Source: Nitrospirota bacterium
GTDB taxonomy: Bacteria; Nitrospirota; UBA9217
Length of the DNA: 64,000 bases
NCBI GenBank assembly: GCA_963790205.1
Contig: CAWBNQ010000001.1
Span: 1,056,001 to 1,120,000 of the forward strand
Reading direction: 5' to 3'
Both the position numbers and the translations under genes were made by a program. This document shows, in pieces, positions 26,389 to 36,670 of this stretch; positions within the stretch are counted from its first letter, which is position 1, and each line of letters opens with the position of its first letter. A model generated the notes under the pieces. That model was not told the origin of the DNA, made no database searches, and worked only from the letters and a program-made list of their open reading frames with translations.

Positions 26389-27741
26389 ATGAAGACGGAG
26401 CATTGTAAACTCACGGTTATCGCCGTCACTATCGTGCTGGTTATCCTGCTGACGCTCGTCGTGGCGGCGTACAGCTACGCGGCCGAGAACCTCACGCTGG
26501 AGCAGGCGGTGGACACGGCGCTCAGGAACAACCCCGGCCTCAAAGCCGCTGACGCGCAGGTCGAGGCGGCTGACGCCGGCGTGCTCAGGTCCGCATCAGG
26601 GTTCCTGCCGAAGGTGAATCTTTCGGAAACGTGGAGCAAGACCGACAATCCGCTCATGGTCCTGGGAACGAAGCTGAACCAGGAAATCGTAACGCCGGCG
26701 GACTTCAATCCCACGGTGATAAACCATCCGGAGCCGCTGTCGAACTACAACACGCGGCTGTCGGTCATGCAGCCCCTGTTCAACGGCGGCAAAGAATACC
26801 TCGGCAGGGAGCAGGCAAAGCTCGGCCGGGACGCTTCAATCCAGGACCGGGAACGGGCGCGGCAGGAGACGGTCTACAACGTCATCAAGGCCTATTACGG
26901 GCTGCTGCTTGCGAAGGAATACAACAAGGTCGCGGTCCAGTCCCTCGAAACGAGCGCGGCGAACGTGAAGCTCGCCGAGGCGCGGTTCAAGGCTGGAGCG
27001 GTGCTTCAGTCCGATCTGCTTCGGGCCAAGGTGCAGTTTGCCGAAGTAAAAGATATGGCGAGCCGGTCGGAGAACAACATCAAACTCGCAGCGGCAAACC
27101 TCAACTTTTCCATGGGAGTTCCCCAGGCCTCGGAGCACGAGATTTCCGGCTCGCTCACCGAGCAGGGCTTCGCTGCCGATATAAACAACGTGATCAGCGA
27201 GGCCGAAGCCAAACGGCCCGATCTCATAGCCATGAACCTGAACCTCAAAAACTCGGAAAAATCGGTAAGTCAGGCCCGCGCCGATTACCTGCCGAGCCTT
27301 AATTTCATGGGGCAGGTGGATTGGAACAGCAACGCGGTCGCGGGCGACGACGCCAAGAGCTGGGCCGTCATGGCCGTGCTCCAGTGGAACCTCTTTGACG
27401 GCATGGTCACCCGCTCCAGGGTCAAGGAGGCGCTGGCCACGAGCAGCAGAATGAACGCGCTGGAAAAGCAGACACGCGAGGGGGTCGAGCTCCAGGTCAG
27501 GCAGGCCTATTACAATGTAACCGCTTCCCGCGACCGCATCGCGGCGACGGCCTCGTCGGTACAGGAGGCGGAAGAAGGTCTGCGCATCGTGCAGAGGCGC
27601 TATGAAACGGGAATGACCACCTTTGTTGATGTGCTTGGCGCAGAAAACGCGCTGATCAGAGCCAGGACGAACGCGCTCCAGGCGCTCTACGACAACAACA
27701 CGGCTCAGGCAGAGCTCAAACTGGCAGTAGGAACGCTTTGA
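26389..27741 (+). CDS. TolC-family outer membrane efflux protein
   Basis: LTLEQAV..AL..NP, FLPKV, PLFNGG, YLPSL, two OEP repeats. Confidence 0.92.
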   Translation: MKTEHCKLTVIAVTIVLVILLTLVVAAYSYAAENLTLEQAVDTALRNNPGLKAADAQVEAADAGVLRSASGFLPKVNLSETWSKTDNPLMVLGTKLNQEIVTPADFNPTVINHPEPLSNYNTRLSVMQPLFNGGKEYLGREQAKLGRDASIQDRERARQETVYNVIKAYYGLLLAKEYNKVAVQSLETSAANVKLAEARFKAGAVLQSDLLRAKVQFAEVKDMASRSENNIKLAAANLNFSMGVPQASEHEISGSLTEQGFAADINNVISEAEAKRPDLIAMNLNLKNSEKSVSQARADYLPSLNFMGQVDWNSNAVAGDDAKSWAVMAVLQWNLFDGMVTRSRVKEALATSSRMNALEKQTREGVELQVRQAYYNVTASRDRIAATASSVQEAEEGLRIVQRRYETGMTTFVDVLGAENALIRARTNALQALYDNNTAQAELKLAVGTL

Positions 27742-27816
27742 AATGCGGAATTAAAGTCAAAATACAATCTGCCCGATGATGGGGGTGGATGTTAAAGAAA
27801 TAAGAAGGAGAACGTT

Positions 27817-28905
27817 ATGGATATTGAAATCGTGAAAAAAAAGATCAAAAACTTGAACAAGAAGGTTCTCTACGGATTATCTGTCACTGCCATCATCACG
27901 GTGCTGGGTGCGGGCTATGTCCTCTTCGGAAAAGACACAAGCTATGCAGGCGTGCCGAAGCCGGAAGCTCCGTTGCAGGTTTCGACAATTTCCATCGAAC
28001 CCAGTACCATCGACGCTGTGGTGTCCGCCGCAGGGGCAGTGGGCTCCAGGAACACGTCGGTACTCTCGAGCAAGATCATGGGCAAAGTAACGGCCTTGAC
28101 CGTGAATGAGGGAGACTTCGTCAAACAGGGCAAGCTGCTTCTGCGGATCGAAAGCGGCGAGATCAGCGCCCAGGCCTACCAGGCCCAGGCGGCCTACAAC
28201 AACGCCAAGCTTCAATACGACCGCATCAAGACCCTCTTTGACGAAAAAGCGGCCACCCAGATGGAGATGGACCAGGCAACGCTGGGAATCGAGTCTGCCA
28301 AGGCGGGGTTGAACGCTGCCAAGGCCATGGAGAGCTACACGACGATCACGGCGCCGATCGACGGCCGGATCGTCGAGAAACGGATCAACCTGGGCGAGAT
28401 GGCGCTTCCGGGCCAGCCGGTCCTCAAAATTGAAGACAACAAACACCTGCGGCTTGAAGTGACCATGCGGGAGCAGGACATTCGCTTCGTGGAGCCCGGC
28501 AAGTCCGTGACGGTCCGCATCGACGCCCTGCCCGGAAAAGAGATCAAAGCGCGTGTGGCCCAGGTGGTCCCTGCTTCGGACCTGCGGACCCATTCGTTCG
28601 TCGTCAAGATAGACATCCCGGCGGACAAGGGGCTGATCACCGGCATGTACGGCAAGGCATATTTCAGCACCGGAACGCGTCAGGCGCTCCTGGTTCCAAA
28701 GACCGCCCTGGTCACGCTGTCGGGCCTTACCGGCGTGTACATTGTCTCGCCAGACGGCAACGCACAGTTCCAGATGATCCAGCCCGGCGACGCCTACGGC
28801 GACAGTGTCGAGGCCCTCACTGGGCTCAAGGCCGGCGATAGCGTGGTCGTGAACAAACAGGAAGCAAGGATCGACGGGAGAAAAGTCGTCATGGCGCAGA
28901 AGTAA
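27817..28905 (+). CDS. RND efflux membrane fusion protein
   Basis: N-terminal TM, VNEGDFVKQG, TITAPIDG, GMYG, GLKAGDSVV. Confidence 0.92.
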   Translation: MDIEIVKKKIKNLNKKVLYGLSVTAIITVLGAGYVLFGKDTSYAGVPKPEAPLQVSTISIEPSTIDAVVSAAGAVGSRNTSVLSSKIMGKVTALTVNEGDFVKQGKLLLRIESGEISAQAYQAQAAYNNAKLQYDRIKTLFDEKAATQMEMDQATLGIESAKAGLNAAKAMESYTTITAPIDGRIVEKRINLGEMALPGQPVLKIEDNKHLRLEVTMREQDIRFVEPGKSVTVRIDALPGKEIKARVAQVVPASDLRTHSFVVKIDIPADKGLITGMYGKAYFSTGTRQALLVPKTALVTLSGLTGVYIVSPDGNAQFQMIQPGDAYGDSVEALTGLKAGDSVVVNKQEARIDGRKVVMAQK

Positions 28906-28999
28906 TTGCGGAATGCGAATTGCGGATTAAATTCAAGAACAGCCCGAACTTATCTGCGTATATCTGCGTCATCTGCGGATAAAAAAGGTATTATATAGA

Positions 29000-31900
29000 A
29001 TGAAACTGAATATCAGCGGAAAGATAACTCAATACTTCATCAACTCCCAGCTTACCGTACTTCTGATGGCGGCCACCGCGATTCTGGGAATCTTTGCGCT
29101 CACCTTTACGCCGCGCGAGGAAAACCCCCATATCACCGTGCCTGCGGCGAACGTGATGGTGATGCTCCCGGGGGCCTCGGCAAAAGAGGTTGAGGAACTG
29201 GTCTCGAAAAAACTTGAAGCAAAGCTCTGGGAGATCCCGGGAGTGGAGGACGTCTATTCGGTCTCGATGAACTCGATGTCCATGGTGACCGTCAAGTTCT
29301 ATGTGGGCCAGGACAAGGAGCGGTCGATGGTCAAGCTCTACGACAAGCTCATGTCCAACATGGATGTCGCTCCTCCCGGCGCGTCCCAACCCCTCGTAAA
29401 GCCCATCGACGTGGATGACGTGCCGATCGTGGCGATAACGCTTTCGGCCGCGCCGGGATCGACCTATGACGACGCACAGCTCAGACTCGTGGCGGACCAC
29501 GTGCTGGACGAACTCCGGAGGGCCCCCGGCGTGGGCAACACCGTCGTGATCGGCGGCAGGAGCCGCCAGGTACGGGTGACGCTCGATCCGCAGAAAATGG
29601 CGGGGTACGGCCTCTCGCCGCTCCAGATCGCCGGGGTCATCAATGCATCGAACGCCAATCTGTTGTCCGGAGACCTCGACCAGGGCGGCAAAAAGCTGGC
29701 CCTCGAGACGGGCGGGTTTTTCGAGAAGGCGGACGACGTAAAGAACGCCGTAGTCGGCGTGTCGAACGGAAGGCCGGTGTATCTGGGCGATGTGGCCGAC
29801 GTGACCGACGGCTTCGAGGAAACGGTGAAGCTTACGCGCATCGCCTTCGGTGCGGGGCACGCTCAGCATGCCGCGGTGCAGGACGCGTCGAGCGCCGGCC
29901 TCGAGCGGCCTGCGGTCACCATCGCGCTGGCAAAGCGGCAGAAGCTCAATGCCGTGAAGATATCGAACGAAATCCTGAAGAAGCTCGATGAACTGAAGAA
30001 AACGCAGATCCCTCCGGGGATCGCGGTTACCGTTACGAGGAACGATGGGAAGACCGCCAACGACGCCGTGAACGAACTCGTGTTCCATCTGGCGGTCTCG
30101 ATCATTGTTGTGATCGCCCTGCTGTTCTTCACCCTCGGCTGGCGCGAAGCGGCGATCGTGGCCCTGGCCATCCCGCTCACGCTGTTCATCACTCTTGCCG
30201 TGGGCATGGTGCTGGGCCAGACCATCAACAGGATCACGCTCTTTGCCCTGATCCTGTCGCTCGGTCTGCTTGTGGACGACGCCATCGTGGTGGTCGAGAA
30301 CATCCATCGTCATTACAAACTGCAGCAGCATTCGCGGCTCCAGAGCGCGATCATGGCTGTGAACGAGATCGGCATGCCCACCATCCTGGCGACCCTGACC
30401 GTGGTGCTTGCCTTCCTCCCCATGGCCTTTGTGACCGGGATGATGGGGCCGTACATGATGCCCATACCCTTTAACGTGCCCGTGGCGATGATCGTTTCGC
30501 TCATGGTGGCCTTTGTTGTCACACCTTGGGCGAGCTACCGGTTGATGAAGGCCGGCCATCGTGACGAGAAGGTACAGCCGCTCGAAGATACGAGGACCTA
30601 CCTCCTGTATAAGAGGGTGCTTGCGCCGCTGCTCGTGAACCCGAAAAAGCGCAAGGTCTTCCTCGGCATTATCATGACCGTGTTCGTGATCGCCATGACC
30701 TTCCCTTTGTTCCAATTGGTGAAGTTCCGCATGCTGCCCAAGGCGAACAAAAACACGTTCCTCGTTTCCATTGATATGCCGGCAGGCACGGTGATCGAGA
30801 ACACGGACCGTGTGGCGCGCGCCGTGGGCGACTATGTCCGGCACATTCCCGAGGTCAAGGACTACGAGACCTTTGTCGGAACTGGTTCGGTCATGGATTT
30901 TAACGGCTTGCTCAGGGGCGGCGCGTTTCGCGAGGCAAGCCACTTCGCCGATATCCGCGTGAACCTCGTGGACAAAGAGGAGCGGAAGATCACGAGCGAA
31001 AAGCTGGTGCTCAAGATCAGGCCCGATATCGATAAACTCGGACAGGAGTACGGCGCCAATATCAAGCTCGTGGAGGACCCGCCGGGGCCGCCGGTCCGCG
31101 CCACGGTGGTGGCCGAGATCTATGGACCGGATTACAACCGGCAGCGCACAATCGCCCAGGACATCAAGGCGCTCTTCGCGAGAACCGACCAAGTCGTCGA
31201 CATCGACGACTCGGTCAAGGAGAAGCAGGACAAGTACCAGCTCCTGGTGGACAAGGAAAAGGCGGCGCTCACGGGCGTATCGACGGAGCAGATCGTCCAG
31301 GTCCTGCGGATGTCGGTGGCAGGCATGGCCGTTTCGACCCTCCATGTCCCGGCGGCCAAGACCCCCGTGGCGATCATGCTGCGGCTTCCCAAGGGAGACC
31401 GCACGGGCATCAGCGTCATGGACAGGGTATACCTGACCGGCGCCCAGGGCAACCAGGTGCCGCTCTCGTCCCTCATAAAGGTCGTGCCGTCTGAGATGGA
31501 CAAAGCCATCTATCACAAGAACCTCGAGCCCGTGACCTACGTGTACGGCGAAATGGGGAACCGGAGCCAGGTTTACGCGGTCCTCGATATGATGCAGTAT
31601 CTCTGGAAGCACCCGCTGCCCGAAGGCTACCGGATCAACTGGGACGGAGAGATGAAACTCACCCTCGACGTGTTCCGGGACCTGGGCGCGGCCATGGGCG
31701 TGGCGCTCATCGCCATCTATCTGCTGCTCGTAGGCCGCTTCCGCTCCTTCACGATCCCAATGATCATCATGGCGGCGATTCCGCTCTCGATGATCGGCAT
31801 CATGCCGGGCTTTGCGATGACGGGCGTGTACTTCAGCGCCACCTCGATGATCGGCGTCATCGCCCTGGCAGGCATCGTGGTCAGAAACTCGATCGTGCTT

Positions 31901-32161
31901 CTGGAATTCATCCTGGACAAGAAGCAGGAAGGCATGCCGCTTGAGCAGGCGCTGATCGAGGCGGGGGCCATCCGCACCAGGCCTATCGTGCTCACTGCCG
32001 CGGCCGCCATCCTGGGCTCCGCCGTGATCGTGCGTGATCCGGTCTGGTCGGGCCTGGCCTTGGCCCTGATATTCGGCATGCTGGCTTCGACGGCGCTCAC
32101 GCTCGTGGTGATCCCGGTGTTTTACTATATCGTGGAGAAGAAGCACTGGGAAGCAGCCTAA
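29000..32161 (+). CDS. RND efflux permease (AcrB/AcrD/AcrF superfamily)
   Basis: 1053 aa, PREENP, GLLVDDAIVVVENI, GIVVRNSIVL, RTRPIVLT. Confidence 0.95.
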   Translation: MKLNISGKITQYFINSQLTVLLMAATAILGIFALTFTPREENPHITVPAANVMVMLPGASAKEVEELVSKKLEAKLWEIPGVEDVYSVSMNSMSMVTVKFYVGQDKERSMVKLYDKLMSNMDVAPPGASQPLVKPIDVDDVPIVAITLSAAPGSTYDDAQLRLVADHVLDELRRAPGVGNTVVIGGRSRQVRVTLDPQKMAGYGLSPLQIAGVINASNANLLSGDLDQGGKKLALETGGFFEKADDVKNAVVGVSNGRPVYLGDVADVTDGFEETVKLTRIAFGAGHAQHAAVQDASSAGLERPAVTIALAKRQKLNAVKISNEILKKLDELKKTQIPPGIAVTVTRNDGKTANDAVNELVFHLAVSIIVVIALLFFTLGWREAAIVALAIPLTLFITLAVGMVLGQTINRITLFALILSLGLLVDDAIVVVENIHRHYKLQQHSRLQSAIMAVNEIGMPTILATLTVVLAFLPMAFVTGMMGPYMMPIPFNVPVAMIVSLMVAFVVTPWASYRLMKAGHRDEKVQPLEDTRTYLLYKRVLAPLLVNPKKRKVFLGIIMTVFVIAMTFPLFQLVKFRMLPKANKNTFLVSIDMPAGTVIENTDRVARAVGDYVRHIPEVKDYETFVGTGSVMDFNGLLRGGAFREASHFADIRVNLVDKEERKITSEKLVLKIRPDIDKLGQEYGANIKLVEDPPGPPVRATVVAEIYGPDYNRQRTIAQDIKALFARTDQVVDIDDSVKEKQDKYQLLVDKEKAALTGVSTEQIVQVLRMSVAGMAVSTLHVPAAKTPVAIMLRLPKGDRTGISVMDRVYLTGAQGNQVPLSSLIKVVPSEMDKAIYHKNLEPVTYVYGEMGNRSQVYAVLDMMQYLWKHPLPEGYRINWDGEMKLTLDVFRDLGAAMGVALIAIYLLLVGRFRSFTIPMIIMAAIPLSMIGIMPGFAMTGVYFSATSMIGVIALAGIVVRNSIVLLEFILDKKQEGMPLEQALIEAGAIRTRPIVLTAAAAILGSAVIVRDPVWSGLALALIFGMLASTALTLVVIPVFYYIVEKKHWEAA

Positions 32162-32234
32162 TGTGGAATTAAAGAAGGACAAGCCGTTGCCGTGTTTTTG
32201 TTCCGCATTTTCGAATTTCGAAAAGGAGTCAACA

Positions 32235-32975
32235 ATGTCAAACTCATCCATCACCGTCACCTGCAAAGACTGGATCAGCACTGTGACGATCGATAATCCG
32301 CCGGACAATGTTCTGGACAAGGATATCCTGGCAAAACTGAACAGGACCGTGAGCGAGGTGCACGGCCAGCAGGCCGAGCTCCGTGTGGTCCTGTTCACGG
32401 CAAAAGGAAATAGCTTCTCCGCCGGCATCGATTACGGAACCTTCGCAAGGATGTCCAAGGAAGAAGCGGGCCATTTCGCGGACATAGGCTATCACCTGCT
32501 CAGGAACATTGAAGCGCTGCCCGTCCCGGTGATCGCCGCGCTCCGGGGAGAGACGACCGGCGCGGGCCTCGGCCTGGCCCTGGCCGCAGACATCAGGATC
32601 GCCTCATCGGACGCGGTCTTCTCCTTCCCCGAGGCCAGAATAGGCGTACCGCCCATCTTCGGCTCCTCTCAGCGATTGTACAAGACCGTGGGTGTTGGCC
32701 GGGCAAAGGAGCTGCTCTTTACCGGCAGGACCGTGGATGCCCAGGAGGCGCTACAGATCGGCCTGGTGAACAAGGTGGTTCCCGTAGACGCCCTTGACGA
32801 AGAAGCGCAACGACTCGCCGTCCAGATCGGCGGAAACAGCCTCTCGTCGCTTCGCTCGATCAAGATGCTTGTGAACTTCGGGCTGAACGAAGGCTACGAC
32901 GTGGGGCTCAGGCAGGAGGTTACGGCCTTCAGCGAAGCGTTCAACCCGGACACGAAACAGTGGGAACGGGTATAA
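32235..32975 (+). CDS. Enoyl-CoA hydratase/isomerase (crotonase) family protein
   Basis: FSAGID, PVIAAL.G...GAG..LALAADIR, FSFPEARIG; RBS AAGGAG. Confidence 0.9.
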   Translation: MSNSSITVTCKDWISTVTIDNPPDNVLDKDILAKLNRTVSEVHGQQAELRVVLFTAKGNSFSAGIDYGTFARMSKEEAGHFADIGYHLLRNIEALPVPVIAALRGETTGAGLGLALAADIRIASSDAVFSFPEARIGVPPIFGSSQRLYKTVGVGRAKELLFTGRTVDAQEALQIGLVNKVVPVDALDEEAQRLAVQIGGNSLSSLRSIKMLVNFGLNEGYDVGLRQEVTAFSEAFNPDTKQWERV

Positions 32976-33111
32976 CGAAAGGGTCATGGTCCCATGAAAA
33001 GAAACTTCACGCGGACGCATGGGTTCAGAACCAAATCGCATCCATGGTTTATACATGGTATAATATTATAGAAGTCTTTCGACAGTAAAATATACAAGGG
33101 GGTAAAAGAGA

Positions 33112-33540
33112 ATGGGGATCTGTGCATGGCATATCATGCGGGAGAAGATCAGTGTGCGGCCCGATGCAACGGCTCGCGAGGTGGCGATGAAGATCATCTC
33201 CTCGGGCCTGGCTGCGATGCCGGTCGTGGGCGACAGCCATGAGATACTGGGTGTTGTGTCGGAGAACGCTATTCTGGACGCGATCCGGGAAGACCAGGAC
33301 CTGGAGGGCATTCCAGCGTCAAAGATCATGGTGCCTGCGCCGGTCATTGCTGATGCCGGCGCCTCGACCGACGAGCTTATTAAACTGCTCCTGAAGAGCT
33401 GCTGTTCCGTCGTCATGGTAGTTAAGGACAAGAAGTACGTGGGTGTGGTGAGCAGGCACATGCTGATGGATATCTTCACCTCCCCCCACTATGCGCGGTT
33501 CGCTGCAAAGGAGCGGAAGGCGCCGTTTGCCTGCAAATAA
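33112..33540 (+). CDS. CBS-domain pair protein
   Basis: IMREKISV, MPVVG...ILGVVSE, YVGVVSR. Confidence 0.85.
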   Translation: MGICAWHIMREKISVRPDATAREVAMKIISSGLAAMPVVGDSHEILGVVSENAILDAIREDQDLEGIPASKIMVPAPVIADAGASTDELIKLLLKSCCSVVMVVKDKKYVGVVSRHMLMDIFTSPHYARFAAKERKAPFACK

Positions 33541-33650
33541 AAAAGCAGGGTCAGGGGGAGCGAGTCAGGGTCGAAAAATCATATGCCTGAAAGCTTTTTA
33601 CGCCCCGGTCCTGCCCGGCCCTTGCCACTCTTTTATTAAGGAAGGGGAAA

Positions 33651-33801
33651 ATGTACATCGCAAATACGAAAACATGGTATCTAGAAAGGTTCATCCGGCT
33701 TTTTGCCGGCATCTTCGTGTTCGGAAGCGTGCTCCTGGGACAGCTTGTCCATCCCGGATGGTTCTATTTCACGGGCTTTGTCGGCATTATGATGACGATT
33801 T
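33651..33801 (+). pseudogene. DUF2892 (YgaP-like) membrane protein, 5' half, interrupted by the transposon
   Basis: LERFIRLFAG...HPGWFYFTGFVG; continues in frame at 53814 as FALTGFCPMSIIL. Confidence 0.88.
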
Positions 33802-33980
33802 TGTCAGTACCACTAAATAATGAGACTGAATATATCTCCCTCCAAAGACAAACTAGCTGAATAATAAAGAAAAAATCAGCTCACGGATTTTCCCTCTCCC
33901 GCGCAAAAAATACCAATATAAAACGAGAATTATCAATATAAAATGACTTAAAAATCAAATTATCAAAATAAAATAATATA
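33802..33980 (+). repeat. tnsA-proximal transposon end with TnsB-binding-site-like repeats
   Basis: Terminal site plus CAATATAAAACGAGA (~33914), CAATATAAAATGAC (~33934), CAAAATAAAATAAT (~33964). Confidence 0.8.
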
Positions 33981-34026
33981 ACCTTGCTACCTTGCGCATT
34001 TCTCATTTGGCGGCTATACTTTGAGC

Positions 34027-34680
34027 ATGCCAAGACGTAAAATTCCAAGGAATTACAGGTCAGAAACCGGGCGGTTTCCGAGTATCATAAACGGTCGCTC
34101 CGTGGCGTACGAATCGTCGCTTGAGCGAGATTACTTCCACTGGCTAGAATTCGAGGACGACGTCCTATCCTACGAAGAACAGCCGTTGCATATTACTAAA
34201 AAGAAAGGCCGAAAAACCATCCAGCATTATCCGGACTGTCGTGTCTGCTATAAAGAAGCCAGCGGAAGAAAGCCAATGATAGTGGAGGTCAAGTACAAAA
34301 AGGAGCTGGAAAAGAAGGAAGAAAAGCTGGAGGAAAAGCTGGCCATGACCAAGGAGTTCGCACGTGAGAACGGAGAAGATTTCACGGTTATAACGGAGGA
34401 CGATATCCGCGGCGTATATCTCGAAAACCTGAAGTTTATATACAAGTACGCCAAACCGTATCCCGCTTTTCATCAACACAAGGCGTTCATTTTGGAAAAC
34501 AAGGTTGTAGACGGGCCGTTGAAGGTAAGCGAGCTGTTGAGCACCTTGACCACCGACAGGTTAAGGCAAGCGGAGTTGCTTCGGGCTATTTGGCACATGG
34601 TGTTCACAAAAGAGGTTGCAATCGATTTACATGAGAAAGTGACGATGGATTCCATCGTGGAGATACGCTGCAGCGCATAA
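34027..34680 (+). CDS. tnsA: TnsA-like endonuclease
   Basis: GRFPS, YESSLERD, EEQP, YPD...IVEVKY PD-(D/E)xK core. Confidence 0.92.
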   Translation: MPRRKIPRNYRSETGRFPSIINGRSVAYESSLERDYFHWLEFEDDVLSYEEQPLHITKKKGRKTIQHYPDCRVCYKEASGRKPMIVEVKYKKELEKKEEKLEEKLAMTKEFARENGEDFTVITEDDIRGVYLENLKFIYKYAKPYPAFHQHKAFILENKVVDGPLKVSELLSTLTTDRLRQAELLRAIWHMVFTKEVAIDLHEKVTMDSIVEIRCSA

Positions 34681-34726
34681 AAATCCTATTAGCCCAGGTA
34701 GAGCAAATGCAAAAGGAGCCAACGAC

Positions 34727-36670
34727 ATGTCTATTGTGAATTATAAAGCTGGCAATATCGTCTACCTGGGTAATGATCAATACGAAATCCTCAAACCGGT
34801 CAGCCTGAGGGACGTGCTCGCAAAGAGCGTCGCCACCGGCGTGCAAAAGGTCCTGCCTGTTTTAAGCCTCCGGTCCGCCCCCCTATCCGTAGAAAACGGC
34901 GATACCAAGACGCCGGTCGAACACGTGGACGAGGATCATTGGGACGTGGCTGTGCACCGTCACAAGATAATAAAACCGCTCCTTGAGGCGCCGCACCTTA
35001 CAAGGGCAATGGTCATCAAGGTTGCCAAGCAATGGGGCTTATCGCCTTCCACAGTTTATCGACACCTCAGCATGTTTAAGACAACCGGAACGGTAAGCGC
35101 CCTGGTTCCCAAGTTCGACTTAAGGGGGAAAGGTACGTCCAAACTCCCTCCGGGTACGCTTGCGATCGTAGAAGACATGAAAGATAACTTCTACCTCAAT
35201 CCGACGAAGGAACATCCGAAGCCTACGATTAAGGAGTCCTACTCTGAGATCAAGCAGCGTTGCAAAACGGCCGGCGTGAGGATCCCCGCCAAGGGAACCG
35301 TCTACTCCCTATTCGGGAAGATACCGGCGAGTGACCTGGCGAAACGCAGGGAAGGGAAGTCGGACAGCGGAAACAAGTTTTTGGCCAAACCTGGAAAGTT
35401 CCCGGGCGGCAATTACCCACTTGACGTTATCCAGATAGACCATACCCCTTTAAATGTGATGGTCGTCGATGAAATCTACAGGGAGTCGATCAAGCGACCT
35501 TATCTCACCGTCGCAATCGACGTCAACTCGAGAATGGTGTACGGCTACTATATAGCGCTGGAAAAACCCAGCTATTATTCCGTGTCCCAATGCATTACGA
35601 TCGGGATCCTGCCGAAGGATCAGTTCCTCCGATCCATAAGCGTTGAAGGGCAATGGGACATTTGGGGGAAGCCAAGGCTTATTTTAGCTGACAACGCTTG
35701 GGAATTTCAGGGCCAGGAGATGACCCGGGTCTGCGCGGATCACGACATTATTCTTGAGTGGACGCCGGTGAAAAAGCCAGAGTACAAAGCCCACATAGAG
35801 CGACTCTGCGGAACGCTAAGCGAGAAAATCCGCAGGCTGCAAGGAGCCACGTTCGCTTCGATAGAGGAGAGAGGCTCGTATGATTCGGAAGAAGAAGCCG
35901 TCATGACCATGGCAGAACTCGAGAAGTGGTTCGGCAACATGGTGGTGAACGAGTACCACAACGATATACACACTGGCATCGGCATGACCCCGAAACGAAA
36001 ATACGAGATGGGCATCCTTGGAGACGGGACAACGCCCGGGGTCGGCCTCCCCTCCGCGATCGAGGACGAGGATCAGCTTCGCATCAGCCTTTTACCCTTC
36101 GAGGAAAGAGTCGTCCAAAAGACCGGTCTATGGATAGAATGCATCCAATATTGGAGTGATACTCTCAAAGATTGGGCCAACGTTAAAAACAAAAAAAGTA
36201 AGAACGGCAAGTATATCATCAAAATAAACCCGAAGAGCATGAAAATAGTTCATTTTTACGACCCGGAACTGAAGAGATATTTTCCTGTGCCTTACAGGGA
36301 CATAAGCAAGCCGGACATGACGATTTGGGAATTAAGGGACGCCAAGGCGTACCTTAAAAAACAGGGCATCGAACACTATGACGAAGCGAAGATATTCGAA
36401 GCCGTCACAATAGGCAAGAAGATTGCTGCAGAAGCTACGGATAAAACGAAACAGGCGAGACGCAAGGCGGCAGCGAAGAATTTCCACGACAGGAAACTCA
36501 AGGATGAGCGAAGCAGCGTGGCCGCATCGCGTGGGAAAGATGAAAGCGGCATCGCCGCAGCGACCCCGGAGGAAAAGGCCATCGAATTAAGTCTCGATGA
36601 TCTTTATAGGGATATCAAGCCTTTTACGGGAATCAAAGTTATACCTAAAAAAGAGGATGACAAAAAATGA
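34727..36670 (+). CDS. tnsB: TnsB/TniA-like DDE transposase
   Basis: N-terminal HTH (LSPSTVYR), QIDHT, IDVNSRM, DNAWEF, KAHIER; Mu-transposase-like C-terminus. Confidence 0.93.
   Translation: MSIVNYKAGNIVYLGNDQYEILKPVSLRDVLAKSVATGVQKVLPVLSLRSAPLSVENGDTKTPVEHVDEDHWDVAVHRHKIIKPLLEAPHLTRAMVIKVAKQWGLSPSTVYRHLSMFKTTGTVSALVPKFDLRGKGTSKLPPGTLAIVEDMKDNFYLNPTKEHPKPTIKESYSEIKQRCKTAGVRIPAKGTVYSLFGKIPASDLAKRREGKSDSGNKFLAKPGKFPGGNYPLDVIQIDHTPLNVMVVDEIYRESIKRPYLTVAIDVNSRMVYGYYIALEKPSYYSVSQCITIGILPKDQFLRSISVEGQWDIWGKPRLILADNAWEFQGQEMTRVCADHDIILEWTPVKKPEYKAHIERLCGTLSEKIRRLQGATFASIEERGSYDSEEEAVMTMAELEKWFGNMVVNEYHNDIHTGIGMTPKRKYEMGILGDGTTPGVGLPSAIEDEDQLRISLLPFEERVVQKTGLWIECIQYWSDTLKDWANVKNKKSKNGKYIIKINPKSMKIVHFYDPELKRYFPVPYRDISKPDMTIWELRDAKAYLKKQGIEHYDEAKIFEAVTIGKKIAAEATDKTKQARRKAAAKNFHDRKLKDERSSVAASRGKDESGIAAATPEEKAIELSLDDLYRDIKPFTGIKVIPKKEDDKK

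Noticed and set aside
28991..32428. 1145-aa minus-strand ORF, and similar long antisense ORFs (3971-5992, 9713-10750, 54303-55334)
   Set aside because: Shadow frames of well-supported genes in GC-rich, codon-biased DNA; no recognisable motifs.
33651..33860. 69-aa ORF as an intact gene
   Set aside because: Its C-terminus (LSVPLNNETEY...) is read-through into the transposon end; the true C-terminus is at 53814-53884.
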